The notes below the pieces were generated by a model that was given only the letters and a program-made list of their open reading frames with translations, was not told the DNA's origin and did not search any database. A program made the position numbers and the translations under genes. 64,000 nucleotides of DNA from Callorhinchus milii (lineage: Eukaryota), in NCBI RefSeq assembly GCF_018977255.1, contig NW_024704743.1, forward strand, positions 108,874,001 through 108,938,000, read 5' to 3'. Shown one piece after another: positions 48,533 through 60,832 of this stretch. Numbering within the stretch: the first letter of the stretch is position 1; every line of letters starts with the position of its first letter.

Positions 48533-49362
48533 AGAAACCCATCATCATACTTAAGAGTATCCAAATCAGATAGAGTTCCATGTATGGCACCTACACATGG
48601 AAATGTCTGTATTTGGAATGCAATATGCACTCTCCTTGAGGGACGCACCTTGCTTACTTAATGTCGGACAGTATTAGGCACAGGTTGGCAAGAGCCAAAA
48701 TTTGGGAACCGCAGAGTGTGCTTGGGTTATGGCTAGAGTTTAACCAGTTAAAATCACATAGCTTGCCATTATCAGATCAAATCTTTTATGAAACATCATG
48801 TACGCGTTCCAATTATTTAATAGTTGATATATTTAAAGACTTTTGCACGCTGTATATTTTTTCTGATACATTAGTCACTTAGAAATGGGAAAGTACATAG
48901 ATATTAGCAAAATATTAAATAAACAAACATTAAAACAAATGTCATAATGCAACTGTTGGCTAAACATAATTTGACTTCAGAACAGATTTATCATAATCTG
49001 CCACACTTATAAAATGCCCATAGAGCACCCAGGATTATATTAAGACACACAGGCAAACCATCAATTAAGATAACCCTGCCTGCAGCACAATTTAAGTCTC
49101 AGTGAGGGTAACCAAGCTTCACTATCAACTGACCTTGATCAACTAGCTCAATAACTGCTATAAAAGATGATGCCAATTACTTTCTAAAAACACAGGAGAA
49201 GTGGCCAGGCAACACAACAATGATGTGATAATTGAATGACATTTAATACATTCAATCATGTTCCACATGTGCATGTCATCTACCATTTCCATGCAAAGGT
49301 GGCATGCATATGTGGAATTCTCGGTCTGGTTTGGATACTCTTAAGCATGGTGAGTGGTTTTT
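48533..49362. repeat. ~75-bp inverted repeat arms (48533-48605 / 49284-49362) around a ~680-bp spacer; MITE-like
   Basis: catacttaagagtatccaaatcaga..gttcca..gcacct..catggaaatg versus catttccatg..aggtg..tggaattc..tctggtttggatactcttaagcatg. Confidence 0.75.
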
Positions 49363-49448
49363 GGGTCAGACACCCAGCTGACCAAAAAAAAACAGTGCCC
49401 CAACTGGGATTATCAAACTAATTCTCTTTAAAATAAAAATAATTGACT

Positions 49449-49720
49449 TAATAATAATCCTTGCATTTGATATAGCACCTTTCTCAGATGGGAGGTGGAG
49501 GAAACATCTAAACACTTCGCAAGATTTTACTGTGAAGAATAAAAACTGCATATTTTTAGGTCAATACACAGCAACATCCCACAAACAGCCATGAAGTGAG
49601 TGAACAGTTTTATTTGGGGGATTGTTGGCCAGGACACCCGGAAAAACTCCTTTCTCTTTTAGAATAGTGACGTGGGTTCTTTAACGTCCACCTGAATAGG
49701 CAGACGGGGCCTCAGTTAAT
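49449..49720 (-). mobile_element. SINE family A 3' part
   Basis: Reverse tail and body (tttaacgtccacctgaataggcagacggggcctcag). Confidence 0.8.
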
Positions 49721-51914
49721 ACATTCCACATCCTAATAATGACCATTACACATTGACTAAATTAATTAACAGCAGTTGTAAATTACAGGAGGGAAAGGCT
49801 TAATTATGAACTGAGTGGAATAAGTGCAGTGTTTGACCTCTGCGTAATTCTCACTGTAGATTGAGGTTTTATGGACAGACTATCATGGTAGACGTAGGGT
49901 TGAATCTTGCCAAATACATTCCTGATTCACAAAGTCATTATTATTGGAACAAATTGATGCTGGGGTTAATCCTTTTCTATGATGAAGGAGTGCTGCACTG
50001 TTCTCTATTTGAAATCAGGTACATCTTTGCCCAGGCATCATTGTGTAACTTTGTGATGCAAATAATCATTATTGTGAAATCACATACGCTCTATTCATCA
50101 AGTGCAATCAGAGTCTGTAGACATGAAATGAACTCGACAGAATTTTATCCCCTTTGTCCATCTAAGGAAAAAAATGGGAAACCTGATTTCTGCTCCATTC
50201 CCAGCAGCAACATTTGCTGTAAATGCTCAATTGGGTTATTTTCAGTAGAATTCTTTATACAATTAAACACAGCAGATCTTACTCATGCAGGGTGTGATGT
50301 GAGGTGATGGATTCAGAATTCAACGTCGAGACAACTGAATAATGTACACCATCCTGTTAAAACATTTTAATCCTCATAAGCATATCAGTTTATGTAATAA
50401 AAGTTATAATAATCCTGCCATTTGAAATAGTAGCCTTTCATGTCAGGAGGCTGTCTTGAAAGGCTTCACAGGATGTACTGTAAAGTGGAGCGACTGTGTA
50501 CTTGTATGGAGCAGCCAATTGGTGCACAGCATTGCTCCACAAACAGATATGAAGTGAATGACTGATTTTGAGTTGTTTGGAAATTGGACGAAAGACAGAC
50601 AACTTGTAGGAATTGGCAGAGGGGAAACATAATGGGTCATCGGATGGCTTTGGCCAGTTTAGCTACTCTGAATGAAAAGGTTAGAGGGAAAGACCTCTAC
50701 AGAAACAGAAAAGGGAAGATAAAGCTTTATACAAAATCAATAATTATCAATGCAACAAAGGAAAATATAACTCACAACTCTCAAGGACTGAGAAAGAATA
50801 ATAATAATCCTTACATTTTTCATGTTTGTGTGTTTTGTGGGCAAATGCTCCATACGTGCCATGGAAGTGTATGACATGTAAATGGAACATCGAAATGATG
50901 TTATGAATTGCTGCAACTTTGAGACTTCACTGCTGATGTGGTTGCCTTCTGGTTATACATGGTGGTGCATCAGATAAACAGAGAGAAAGACCTTATCATG
51001 AAGAGGTGTCATGAAAATTATATTGTCAGTATTACTGTTAAAACATGTAATATTAAAGCATGAAATGAAAAGCAAATTATGATGACACTGCATAGAAAGA
51101 GATAAAGAGGCATTTGGTAACTAATGGAAAGATTACTTACGCTGGATGGATGTTAGATTGTTGCCATCACTTGTTAGAGGCTATTTCAATTCTTTATCTT
51201 TTGTCAGTTATTTCCTATCATGGTGTCATTTAGTATGAACTCATTCTGCACCCTTCACCACTCGGTATGTTCTAGGATTTTATTTTTAGACTGACGAACG
51301 ATTGCTTCTGTGGAGAGCCACGTAGTGTTCATTCTGACAGACAGCAAGCGCAGGCAAAGTAGTGAATAACTTGTTACATCAAAGAGCCTAAGGTGATCAA
51401 ATATCCAGCTCTATAATAATGTATTCCTTACAATAAAAATATATTTGTTTTACATCCATAACTTCCTTTGCAAAAATCTTTTAAGAACAAATATTTTGTG
51501 TAAGGACAAAATATTCTTTATTACTACACAGAAGCTAAAGTAAGTATTGAAAGGATTGTGGTAAATTATATCTAAGTTATGGGGGATGAGGTGGTATGAA
51601 GCTTGAGGTTAAGATTGAATAATGCTTTCATTACGCCATCTACTGTAGGAATGAAATCTTGCATCTATGTTCATCATTATTTCAATAGGGTCCTGAATTT
51701 GAGAGCTGTAACCTGAATTCACGCAAGATTTGTATTGAATCGTGCTAATAGCTGGATACAATGAGAATTGTTCAATGTTCACAAGAATAGAGAAAGTTGA
51801 GAACTTTTGGAGGTGTTAAATTTTTAAAAGATTTAATGTAAACGGGGGGAAAAAAACTATATCAACTGGTCAGTAGTTAAACTAGAGGTTTAAGATCAGC
51901 ACAAACATTTAATA

Positions 51915-52284
51915 CAGGTGTTCAAAATTATGAGGGGTTTTGATAGAGTGGATAGGGAGAAACTATTTCCACTGGCTGGTGAGTAACCAGGGCATATAGA
52001 TGTAAGATAATTGGCAAAAGCACCTGGGGGAAGATGAGGAGAATTTATTTTACACAGAAAGTAGTTATGGTGTGGAATGCACTGCCTGAAAAGGTGGTGG
52101 AAACAGATTCAATAACAACTTTCAATAGGGAAATTGATAGGTACTTGAAAAGAAAAAATGTGCAGGGGTATGGGAAAAGAGGGGAGGAGTGGGACTGTTT
52201 GGGTAGCTCTTCCAAAGAGCTGCCACAGGCACGATGGACCGAATGGCCTCCTTCTATGCTGTAGTAATATTCTATGATTCTATG
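51915..52284 (+). mobile_element. CR1 LINE 3' end
   Basis: YFTQKVVMVWNALPEKVVE; tail attctatgattctatg. Confidence 0.92.
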
Positions 52285-52296
52285 AAAATATTAATT

Positions 52297-52450
52297 TGAT
52301 CACTCAATCCACAACTGTTTGTAGGACTCTGCTGTGCGCAATTGGCTGCAACGTTTTGCTCACAAATATACAGTCAATTCACTTTACAGTATATTCTGAG
52401 ACGTCTGGAAGATTTGAAAAGCACTATATCAAATGCAAGGATTATTATTA
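52297..52450 (+). mobile_element. SINE family B 3' half
   Basis: gctgtgcgcaattggctgc core; (TTA)n tail. Confidence 0.82.
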
Positions 52451-53687
52451 ATAAAGGGAGAGAATATTAGGGACATGGAATTCCCGAGTAGGCTGAGGGC
52501 GAGTAGACTGAGCTTTGCTTGGAGTGTTAGTTGTTGACTGTGGGAGACTAAAGTAGAAACAGTATTCATTCTACAGCGTTTTTTTCTGTAGACCAGCAGC
52601 ACCTGCCTACACAAAATGCAACCAATTGCAGCAATTCCTGTGCAGTGCCTTGAGACGTCGTCCCGACATAAAAGGCGCATTATCAAATGTAAGGATTATT
52701 TATTCAGGTTTGAAGTTCTCTGCTTTGATAGCATAAGGGAAGATTCTCCAATAATTACCAACATTATAATAAAAACTTGCTGAGCAGACAACACAGATAT
52801 TCAGATACTGTGCTGATGCTGAGAGGTGTATGAACCCGTTCAGCCACAATGCAATAATGACTGACATACCCATAATAGAGAGTGGAAGAATTAAAAGCTT
52901 TCTGCGTTAAAGTTCATAATGTCAATAAACAGCATTGAAAATCCAGGTGTATTTTGTGGGGAGGTCTCAAATCCATTCTTCCCCAGTCTTGCTGGCTGGA
53001 AAATTCATCATCAAGTCTGTCTGTAAATAAGAGTCATTGCACAAATTGGACACTACTTTTTCCAGAAATTAGAGAATATTACTGCGGCGTGAGTGTTTGA
53101 GAGAGAGATTAAAGGAGAAAGAAAGGAGTGGCAGCCAGAGACTGTGAGGCAGACAAAGAGTCAAGCGTAGCAACTGTTTTAGAAGGAAAATAGTGAAAAT
53201 GTTTCAACAAATTTTTATTCCCATCCACGATCAGGACTCACTATTTTAAGCAGGTGAACACACAACAGTGAGTTATTCTGCTCTATTCTCAAAGTGTCGC
53301 AAGTCTTAAATACAGCAAATTGATGGTCTTATACAATGGGAAATCTTAACGCAAACACATGTGGAAAGATTAATTTTCACTTAGTGTTTGGAGCATAATA
53401 TGTCCCTGAGGATGGGTGTCGGGAAGAAGACCCAACGCTTGAATTTTTAAAATAAATTCTTACCTAATATTTTGCACACAGCAGGTGCCTGTGAATCTGA
53501 AGTTCTGAAAGGTGCTACCAAGTGTATGGATTATTATTATTGTCTCAAATTAATTGCAACCACCTCTGAAATTGCAACACTAGTCATTGCTGTCAAACAG
53601 AACTAAAACTGTCACTTGGAGTCTGACAACTGCTACAATTATAACAAACTAAACCTAAATCATGTCACTTTTTGTCCGGCCTCAGGA

Positions 53688-53826
53688 GTCTGGTCTGGAT
53701 ACTCTTAAGCATGCGAATGTTTAAGCTTGGAGATGGATATTCTTAAGTATGGAGATGGGTGTGGCACCTACACATAGAAATGGAATGAGGACTCTCTCCT
53801 GGAGGTACAGATCCTGCTTATCTAAT
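53688..53826. repeat. Third, rearranged copy of the 48533/49284 repeat family
   Basis: tctggatactcttaagcatg, tggatattcttaagtatggagatgggt, tggcacctacacatagaaatg, ctgcttatctaat. Confidence 0.75.
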
Positions 53827-54242
53827 TCATGGCCAACAATCCCCCAGACAGAATTGGTTCATTCACTTTGGATTGTTTGTGGGACATTGCTGTGTGCAAA
53901 TTGGCTGCCATATCACTACACTGCACGCTCATTAGACTACAGTAAATCTTGTGAAGTGCCTTGAGACATTTTGACACCATAATGCAAGGATGATTATAAG
54001 GTTATGAGAGATAAAGCTCACAAATATTGTTTTATGCAATATAAAAGAATAGGTAAAAAACTGCAATATTATTTTATGAGGCATAAACAAGTAGCAAATG
54101 AAGATAGAATTATGTGCTTGCAGAAATCCAGAATAAATCAATGTTAAGAACTTACATATTAATAATAGATTACATTCCACAAGACCATGCAACATTTTGC
54201 ACTGATGTAGGTTTAATTTGTGCATGCAATTTTTCTGTGAAC

Positions 54243-54261
54243 CAGCCCCCTCTGGTGGAAG
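54243..54261 (-). promoter_or_regulatory. CTCF-like motif in unique sequence
   Basis: Minus strand TTCCACCAGAGGGGGCTG resembles the CTCF core CCACCAG(G/A)GGGCGCT; motif match only. Confidence 0.45.
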
Positions 54262-56244
54262 CACTTAATAATCTTTTAAGGTCAACACTTTATTCCCTTT
54301 ACAAATGTTCCACTCTTTTTTAACATTTTAACTTTTGCATTTGTGTTTTGCATTAACTTTTGTGCAATCTAAGTGTTCTGTTATTTATTTTGTAGTTTTT
54401 TATGGTTTTTATTTTTGATGAATCTAATTGCATTATTTAGTGCACCTTGCATGCAAATACATCATATTCCTGTGAATCCCTGCAATTCTCAATAATGTAT
54501 TCATGTCGCTCCCAAACAAATTCATTCTGAACATACACTGCACAGACTATTCAAGCAACATCAGCAACCATCTATGTAAAAATTGACATCATATATATAG
54601 AGAGAGAGAGGGGGGAGAGAGAATATTGAGTCTTCCCATTCCATTTCAGTTTTTGTTTTCTAAAACTCAATTTGAATTTTAGAACTTGAATTTTAGAACT
54701 TCTTGCTTTTTACATTCCCTGAAAATACTGCAACATAAGGTGTTTATATGGTGGATGGCAAATATGTCAACTTAAAAACTGTCACCAAGACACTGGCTAA
54801 GTCTGTCAAAGTAAATCATCCTTAAGTCTAAACCATTGCCCCTTTGGGATACTTTGATGGGTAGTGACATCATCTAAGGCAGGCCAGCATTTCCCTTCTG
54901 TCAAAGTATTAATGAGTATTTCAGAGTGTTAGTGCATTATCCAGCCCTGTATCAGGATTTTCACAAATCACTAATACTGTACTGCAAGATAAATCGAGGT
55001 TACCTGACATGCGTATCAATGCCAGACATGTCATCACCTCCACAGAAATATTTATGTAAATCGCCTATGGGACACTCTGTTGGAAAGCTGAAGCTAAACA
55101 CATTACATTTATATTCATTCATCATGGAACAGGAAAAAGCCTCACACATGACAATCAGCCTTTAATAAAAATCTGCATTCGTCCATCTAAAAGCCACTCA
55201 TCAAAAGAAAGCCAAAGAGGTTATGATCCGTTGTGATTACCAAAGATGTCTTTGAAAGAGATGGCAATCCCTAATGGGTGGAAAGCATTAAAATGGAGCA
55301 TCTCCCTCTTTGGCCATCTGGGCATTTAGTTCTCGTTTTTCCCACAGAAATCCAAGCAGGTTAACTGCACCATCCATCCACCACTTTAGCCAGTACTAAG
55401 GAGCAATACATAGACAGAATGCTAATTCCATACTCATAAGTGAGGAAAAATCTATGGAGTCACCACAGATGAAGACATAGAACCAGTCTTTACTTAAATA
55501 TCTTAGGAAGTCCTACAAATAAGAGAAAAAATGTGGATCCAAGATCAAGGCCCTCAAAAGCTTAAGAGCTAAAACGGCTAGTGAGGAGTTAGTTGAGAGG
55601 ATCAGTGCAGCATTTCAAGTGTGTGACTTGCAAAGAGTGCAGAAAGATGTTGAGTTATATAGCACTGAAAGTGAAGCAGCTAAAATTTAAAGTCTTTTGA
55701 CTGTATTGGAAGAAATGGTGATCTTTTTCTAAACCTAACCCTAAATTATTAATCCTTTTCTCACTTCCAAAAAAGTTTTCAACAGCTATTCTTTTGTTTA
55801 GCATTAAAATTAATCAATAGCCATACTAAGTAAATACATGATAAGAATGAGGCACTAACCAAAATAATAAAATAGTTATAGAGTTCTTATAATTGAATTT
55901 GTGATGATCCTTAAGGAAAGATTGTATCATAAGTCAAAACATATCTATTATATTGTAAAACATATACACTATGAGTCTGAGGATTTCTGAAAGGCAATCT
56001 GAATAGTTAAAGAGTAACAAATAGAATTGTGTAGAATTGTGAATTCTATGTCATGTTCATTGTTTCATTCTGTTCACTTCTCTCTGCACAGATGGTATGA
56101 ATCCAGCAATGACCCCAACTGTCAATCCAATCCAAATTTCTTCCAATATATTGGTAAACAATTAATTCCATGCAGAAAAAGTCAATTATCCCTGGAGGAA
56201 TTGAAACACTTAACAGCGGTGAAGGTTGATTTTGGCTTGGGGAG

Positions 56245-56570
56245 AGAGGGAAGGTGACCATAGGTGTGGTCAAAGAGGGATTTTTCAGGTGCGATCTGAA
56301 GACTGGCAAGGAGGGAGCCAAGGGCAGAGATTGAGGCAGAGAGTTCCAGAGTTTCAGGACATAGAGGCTGAAAAGCATGGACGCTGATGGTGGAGAGGAA
56401 GGGATGAGAGGGCTAGCTGAGCGAAGGTATTGGGGAGGGGACTGAGGTCTAAGCAGGCTGAGAGGTAGGGAGGTGCTACGATGTGAATTGATTCGTAAGT
56501 GTGAAGATCTTGAAATCGGACTGTTCTGCAATAGGGAACCAGTGGAGGCTGGCAAGGACTCAGGTGATAG
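56245..56570 (-). mobile_element. Old L2 3' portion
   Basis: FSLYVLKLWNSLPQSL..FRSHLK; LHWFP. Confidence 0.78.
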
Positions 56571-57782
56571 CGATGCTGAATTTGATACTCTGTCAGATAT
56601 TCTGTCCAGCAGATACTAAGAAATACACAGAAACATTTGGAAATATAGTTTTTTAATTATCTTGAATCTTGCCCAGTGCTTCTCCTGGATACTCTTTCCC
56701 TTTCCAGGTACCATTCCTCAGGTGCCACATCTCAATTAAAAATGAGTGAGAACAACTCTTCCTGTCTATTTTGCACACATAAACAAGGATCTATAACTGA
56801 AGCAGTAATACAACACTCTAGACATTCCCTACATGCAAACATCATTTCTAAGCAGACACTTAATTTGTCAATCTGTACACATTACTTTACAGTCTTCCAC
56901 AAGGTCCCATCTTGACTGTGAGAGGGCTCAGCAGGTATTTAAATGTGATGTTTTATAGACCATATGATCATGACTGGAGGTTTACAGTTAGGCTTTGTAT
57001 CCTCTGAATCACACATTACTGAAGAGCTTCACTTAAATTTCACAGCATCTAACTGCAGTGTTACCATGCATATATTAATGCTGGTTTTGATTGCTCTGTC
57101 ATATTAAATTAGAGAGACGTGCTCCATAGTCCAGTCTGGTACTATACACTGATTCACCTCAAAGAGAAAGCCCATAGCCTGTTCAATTCTATCACTACGT
57201 CCAAGATATTTGATATAGTAAGTTTTCATTCAGCAGCCCATTCGTCCATCAGTCCACTGACACATGATAGATTGACATAACCTATATGGGAAATGGACGT
57301 ATCTCACCAATAACATTTTTTTTATAAACCAGTTTTATAAATTGTCTATTTCTTTTGTAATGTGCTCCCTTCAGGTCTACATTGAAGATGTAGAACGGCT
57401 GAAAAATTTAAATGGCTCGTATACATTTTATTCCTAGATGTTCTTGACATTCTGTTTCATGCCTCATCATCACTCGCACATCTATGAAAGAGGCTGCAAC
57501 CACTGCAGTGGGCCTTTCAACAAACCATTGCTTTAGGCACAATGAACACTATATTAACCCAGCCTGATGCACATTTATAGTGAAAGGCTTATTAAAGATA
57601 ACAGAGATGGAGCAGGTTTAAAGAGTTTAAAAACGCTCGCCTGCTCGTGGATAATTATTATCATTATATAACAAAAGTTACTTTAGAAAAAATGGTGCTG
57701 TATTTATTTTTCCCAGATCAGTAAAACCAAAGTGTACTTAAATTGTCATTATTGAAACATACAAGGTCAATTCCTAGGAAAG

Positions 57783-58066
57783 TAATAATAATAATCCTTG
57801 CATTTGATATAGCGCTTTTCACGTCGGGAGGATGTCCCAAAGCGCTTCACAGAACACACTGTAAAGTGAATTGACTGTATATTTGTTGGCGAACGCGGCA
57901 GCCAATTGCGCACAGCAATGTCCCACAAACAGTCGTAGATTGAAAATGACCAATTTAATTATTGTTTTTTTTTTGTTTGTTTTTTGGAGGGATTATTATT
58001 AGGCGTGTGGAGTAAGGAAACTTGCCCAAGGTTTCGCCCTGCCGGGAATTGAACTCAGGTCTCTCA
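57783..58066 (-). mobile_element. Young SINE family B copy
   Basis: Close reverse-complement match to 40455-40737 with CpGs retained. Confidence 0.92.
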
Positions 58067-58104
58067 CTGAGTACACCATAGATTTTGTACATTTAGAACC
58101 AGAA

Positions 58105-58330
58105 CAATTTATAGCATAGGAGGCCATTCATATCATCATTCTTTATTCATCCATGGCTCTTTGAAAGAGCAATCCATTCAGTCTAGTACTTGCCTCCCCA
58201 CCAATTCCCTCCAAGTTATTCATTTTTAGATATCTATCCAGTTCCCTCTTGAAAGCTAGTATAAATACTGCCTCCACCACTGCATCTGGCAGGTATTGCA
58301 AATCCTAATAATTCTCTATGTAAAAATACT
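58105..58330 (-). mobile_element. Old CR1 3' end
   Basis: ggaggccattca; ctatccagttccctcttgaa..ctgcctccaccactgcatctggcag (reverse of LPDAVVEA). Confidence 0.65.
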
Positions 58331-58911
58331 ACTCTCCCTCTCTCTGCTCCCTTGCTAAGTGTCTGAAATTGTTGCCTTCCAGTCACTGACTCACTCACCA
58401 CCGAAGATGAAATTAAAAAATGCTGGATTTGAATTGTGAATCACAGGGAAGTTGACAAGGCATTGAGAAAAATAACATGAGTGGTTGATTTCTCAATTTA
58501 AATAGATTTATAAACAGTTAAATATACATAAGAAGTCCCCACATATTCTTTCCATACTTTTTCAATTCAACTATGACTACAATTTATTTATTAAAGATTG
58601 GCTGCAAGAGTTTTGTTGCAAGCTGTGGCATATATGGAACCTAAGAGTTTCTGAATTAATTAAGATGCTCTATGATCAAGAACAGTTGCAAAGTCCCGGT
58701 TAGCTGGCACGTTTTGTTAATATCGTTGGTCGAGCACTTCGCAGCAATACTCCGACATGTTCGTAGTGTGTTAGGATGTAGACTTGTGTCAATAATTCTT
58801 TACACAGCAAGTCCTGATCTCTACCATTCTCTCTGAGATGTCAAGATATTGCAGGGTTGAAGGGAAAATGGGTATGATACCCAGGCTGATTTTATATATC
58901 TTTTACAACAC

Positions 58912-59255
58912 AAGAACAACAAATTTACATTTAATACAGCGCCTTTCATGTCAGGAGGACATCCCAAGGTGCTGAACAGTCCAGGTTTGCACCCGAACTG
59001 GATTGGGTGCCTAGGGGGTGTGGGAGCTGGTGGGGCTGAGAGCACAAAGATGACCAAGTGTGCTGCCAAAGAGGAAGGTTTTGAGGCAGACCTTGAAGGA
59101 TGTGAGGGAAAGGGCGAGTCATAGAAACTCCTGGTTGGAGTCCCTGATAACAAGGACAGACAGGCTGAAAACTCAACCGCTGATGGTGAGGAGGGTAAGT
59201 GAAGCAGACTGGTATTCGCTGAGTGGAAGGAGTGGATGGGTTTGCCGGGTTTTAC
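58912..59255 (-). mobile_element. Old L2 3' end
   Basis: aacaacaaatttacatttaatacagcgcctttca tail; reverse SFKVCLKTFLF. Confidence 0.78.
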
Positions 59256-59512
59256 TGACCAGCTATAGGGTGGCATTGTCAGACAGGGAGAACATCTTAC
59301 TGTGTAAATACAATTTTGTGCTTAAAAACAAATCTGCCTTTTCTAAAACTCTACAGAATTATTACTCCTAACTTTTACAAATGCTGCTATTTAACCAAGA
59401 GATTTAATTTCAAGCTGATTTCAAATCAATGCAAGAACCCTTCAGTCAGTTTTTTTTAAATCTTGAAATGTAGAAATCTTTCAATGTACAAATTATTCTT
59501 TTAATACCTAAT

Positions 59513-59690
59513 AAAATAATCCTTGCATTTGTTACAGCACCTTTCACATCGACAGAATGTCTCAAAGTACATCACTGGATTTACTAAATCTGTGACTGTG
59601 TATTTGTAGCCAAATGAAACAGCCAATGAGTGCACAGCAATATCCCACAAACATCCATGAGTTGAATGACCAATTTTATTTGAGGGAATT
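59513..59690 (-). mobile_element. Deu-type SINE 3' fragment
   Basis: Reverse tail and cagccaatgagtgcacagcaatatcccacaaac. Confidence 0.75.
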
Positions 59691-60744
59691 ACCACATTAA
59701 AACGGTTATGATCCACTACATTTATTCTTCCCATGCTTTACAGAAACAGATGAAGATAAGATTTTTCTTATTGTTTCTGTTTAGATACTTCAATGGTGTA
59801 TTAAAGTCTCTTCACAATAAAGCTAATAAAAACAAACCAATAAAGTTTATGAAATATTCTCACAGGTTCCAATAATGGCATTTAAAAAGCACAATTTATT
59901 TTAATAATTATACACAACTTGCTCCTAAACATAATCAGGAACCTTGGTATTTGTAGTTTCTGAAAACAATTTTGATTTGTTCAGAATCCTGTCACATTCC
60001 CTAGGTTGTACTGACACGCAGTGAAGATTAGATGTGCAAGCAAAGCCCAAACCACTTTGTTTTTAATATCAGTTGATGGTTATAAACTAGCTGATAATGT
60101 AGACGTAAATACTTTATAGATTTACCAATAGTTAAAGTTGAGCATGTAGATTACTTCATGCACTACAAAAAATTATGTGCTTTGCAGAACCATTAAATCA
60201 GTATACAATCCACCATTAAAAAAAAGCATTCGTTTGATATAGCGCCTTTCACCTGAGAGGGTGTTTCAAAGTACTTCAAAGGATTTACTGTAAAGCGTAG
60301 TATTTATTGTAAAGTGTAGCGACTATTTCATAGGTAAACACGGCAGCCAATTTGCACACAACAATGCCCCACAAAACCTCAAACGTCTTTTCCCCATCTT
60401 ATGAGGTATTGAATGTTGAAATCACTCAATAAAGTATCGTATTATGTTACTGCCTCTTACCCATCATGTATCAGTACTCAATGGATAGATTAAATTAGCA
60501 TTTGGGAGTACCACATAATTCTTTTAAGATATCATTCAGATGTATATGCAATCATCATATGACCCATATGGAAGCTGCCTCATCAAAACATACAAATGAC
60601 AAACTTAAAAACACAATAAAAGAATGTGTGTGTAATTATATCTAGCATTGCAGATATATACCTTTTAACAGACATGCATGTACAACATATACAAGTGTGC
60701 ATGTGGTAGTGGATTAATGTACCTGTGTATATTGAGTCCTTCAA

Positions 60745-60832
60745 AATATATATTATTATATATTATATATATAATATATATAAAATATTATATATTTTAT
60801 TATATGTATTATTATATATGTACATTAAAATA
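60745..60832. repeat. AT-rich low-complexity (TA/TTA) tract
   Basis: atatatattattatatattatatatataatatatataaaatattatatatttt. Confidence 0.85.

Noticed and set aside
49861..50307. 148-aa ORF
   Set aside because: Non-ATG start, no recognisable domain, AT-rich random-like composition.
55523..55690. Stop-free frame with helical-looking peptide (SEELVERISAAFQVCDLQRVQKDVE)
   Set aside because: Only 55 codons, no start or splice support, no family recognised; a BLASTX could rescue it.
57375..57437. Strong acceptor followed by VYIEDVERLKNLNGSYTFYS*
   Set aside because: No good donor and no recognisable homology.
58690..58770. Small CpG-rich patch with a possible hairpin
   Set aside because: Stem is short and imperfect; no ncRNA family features.
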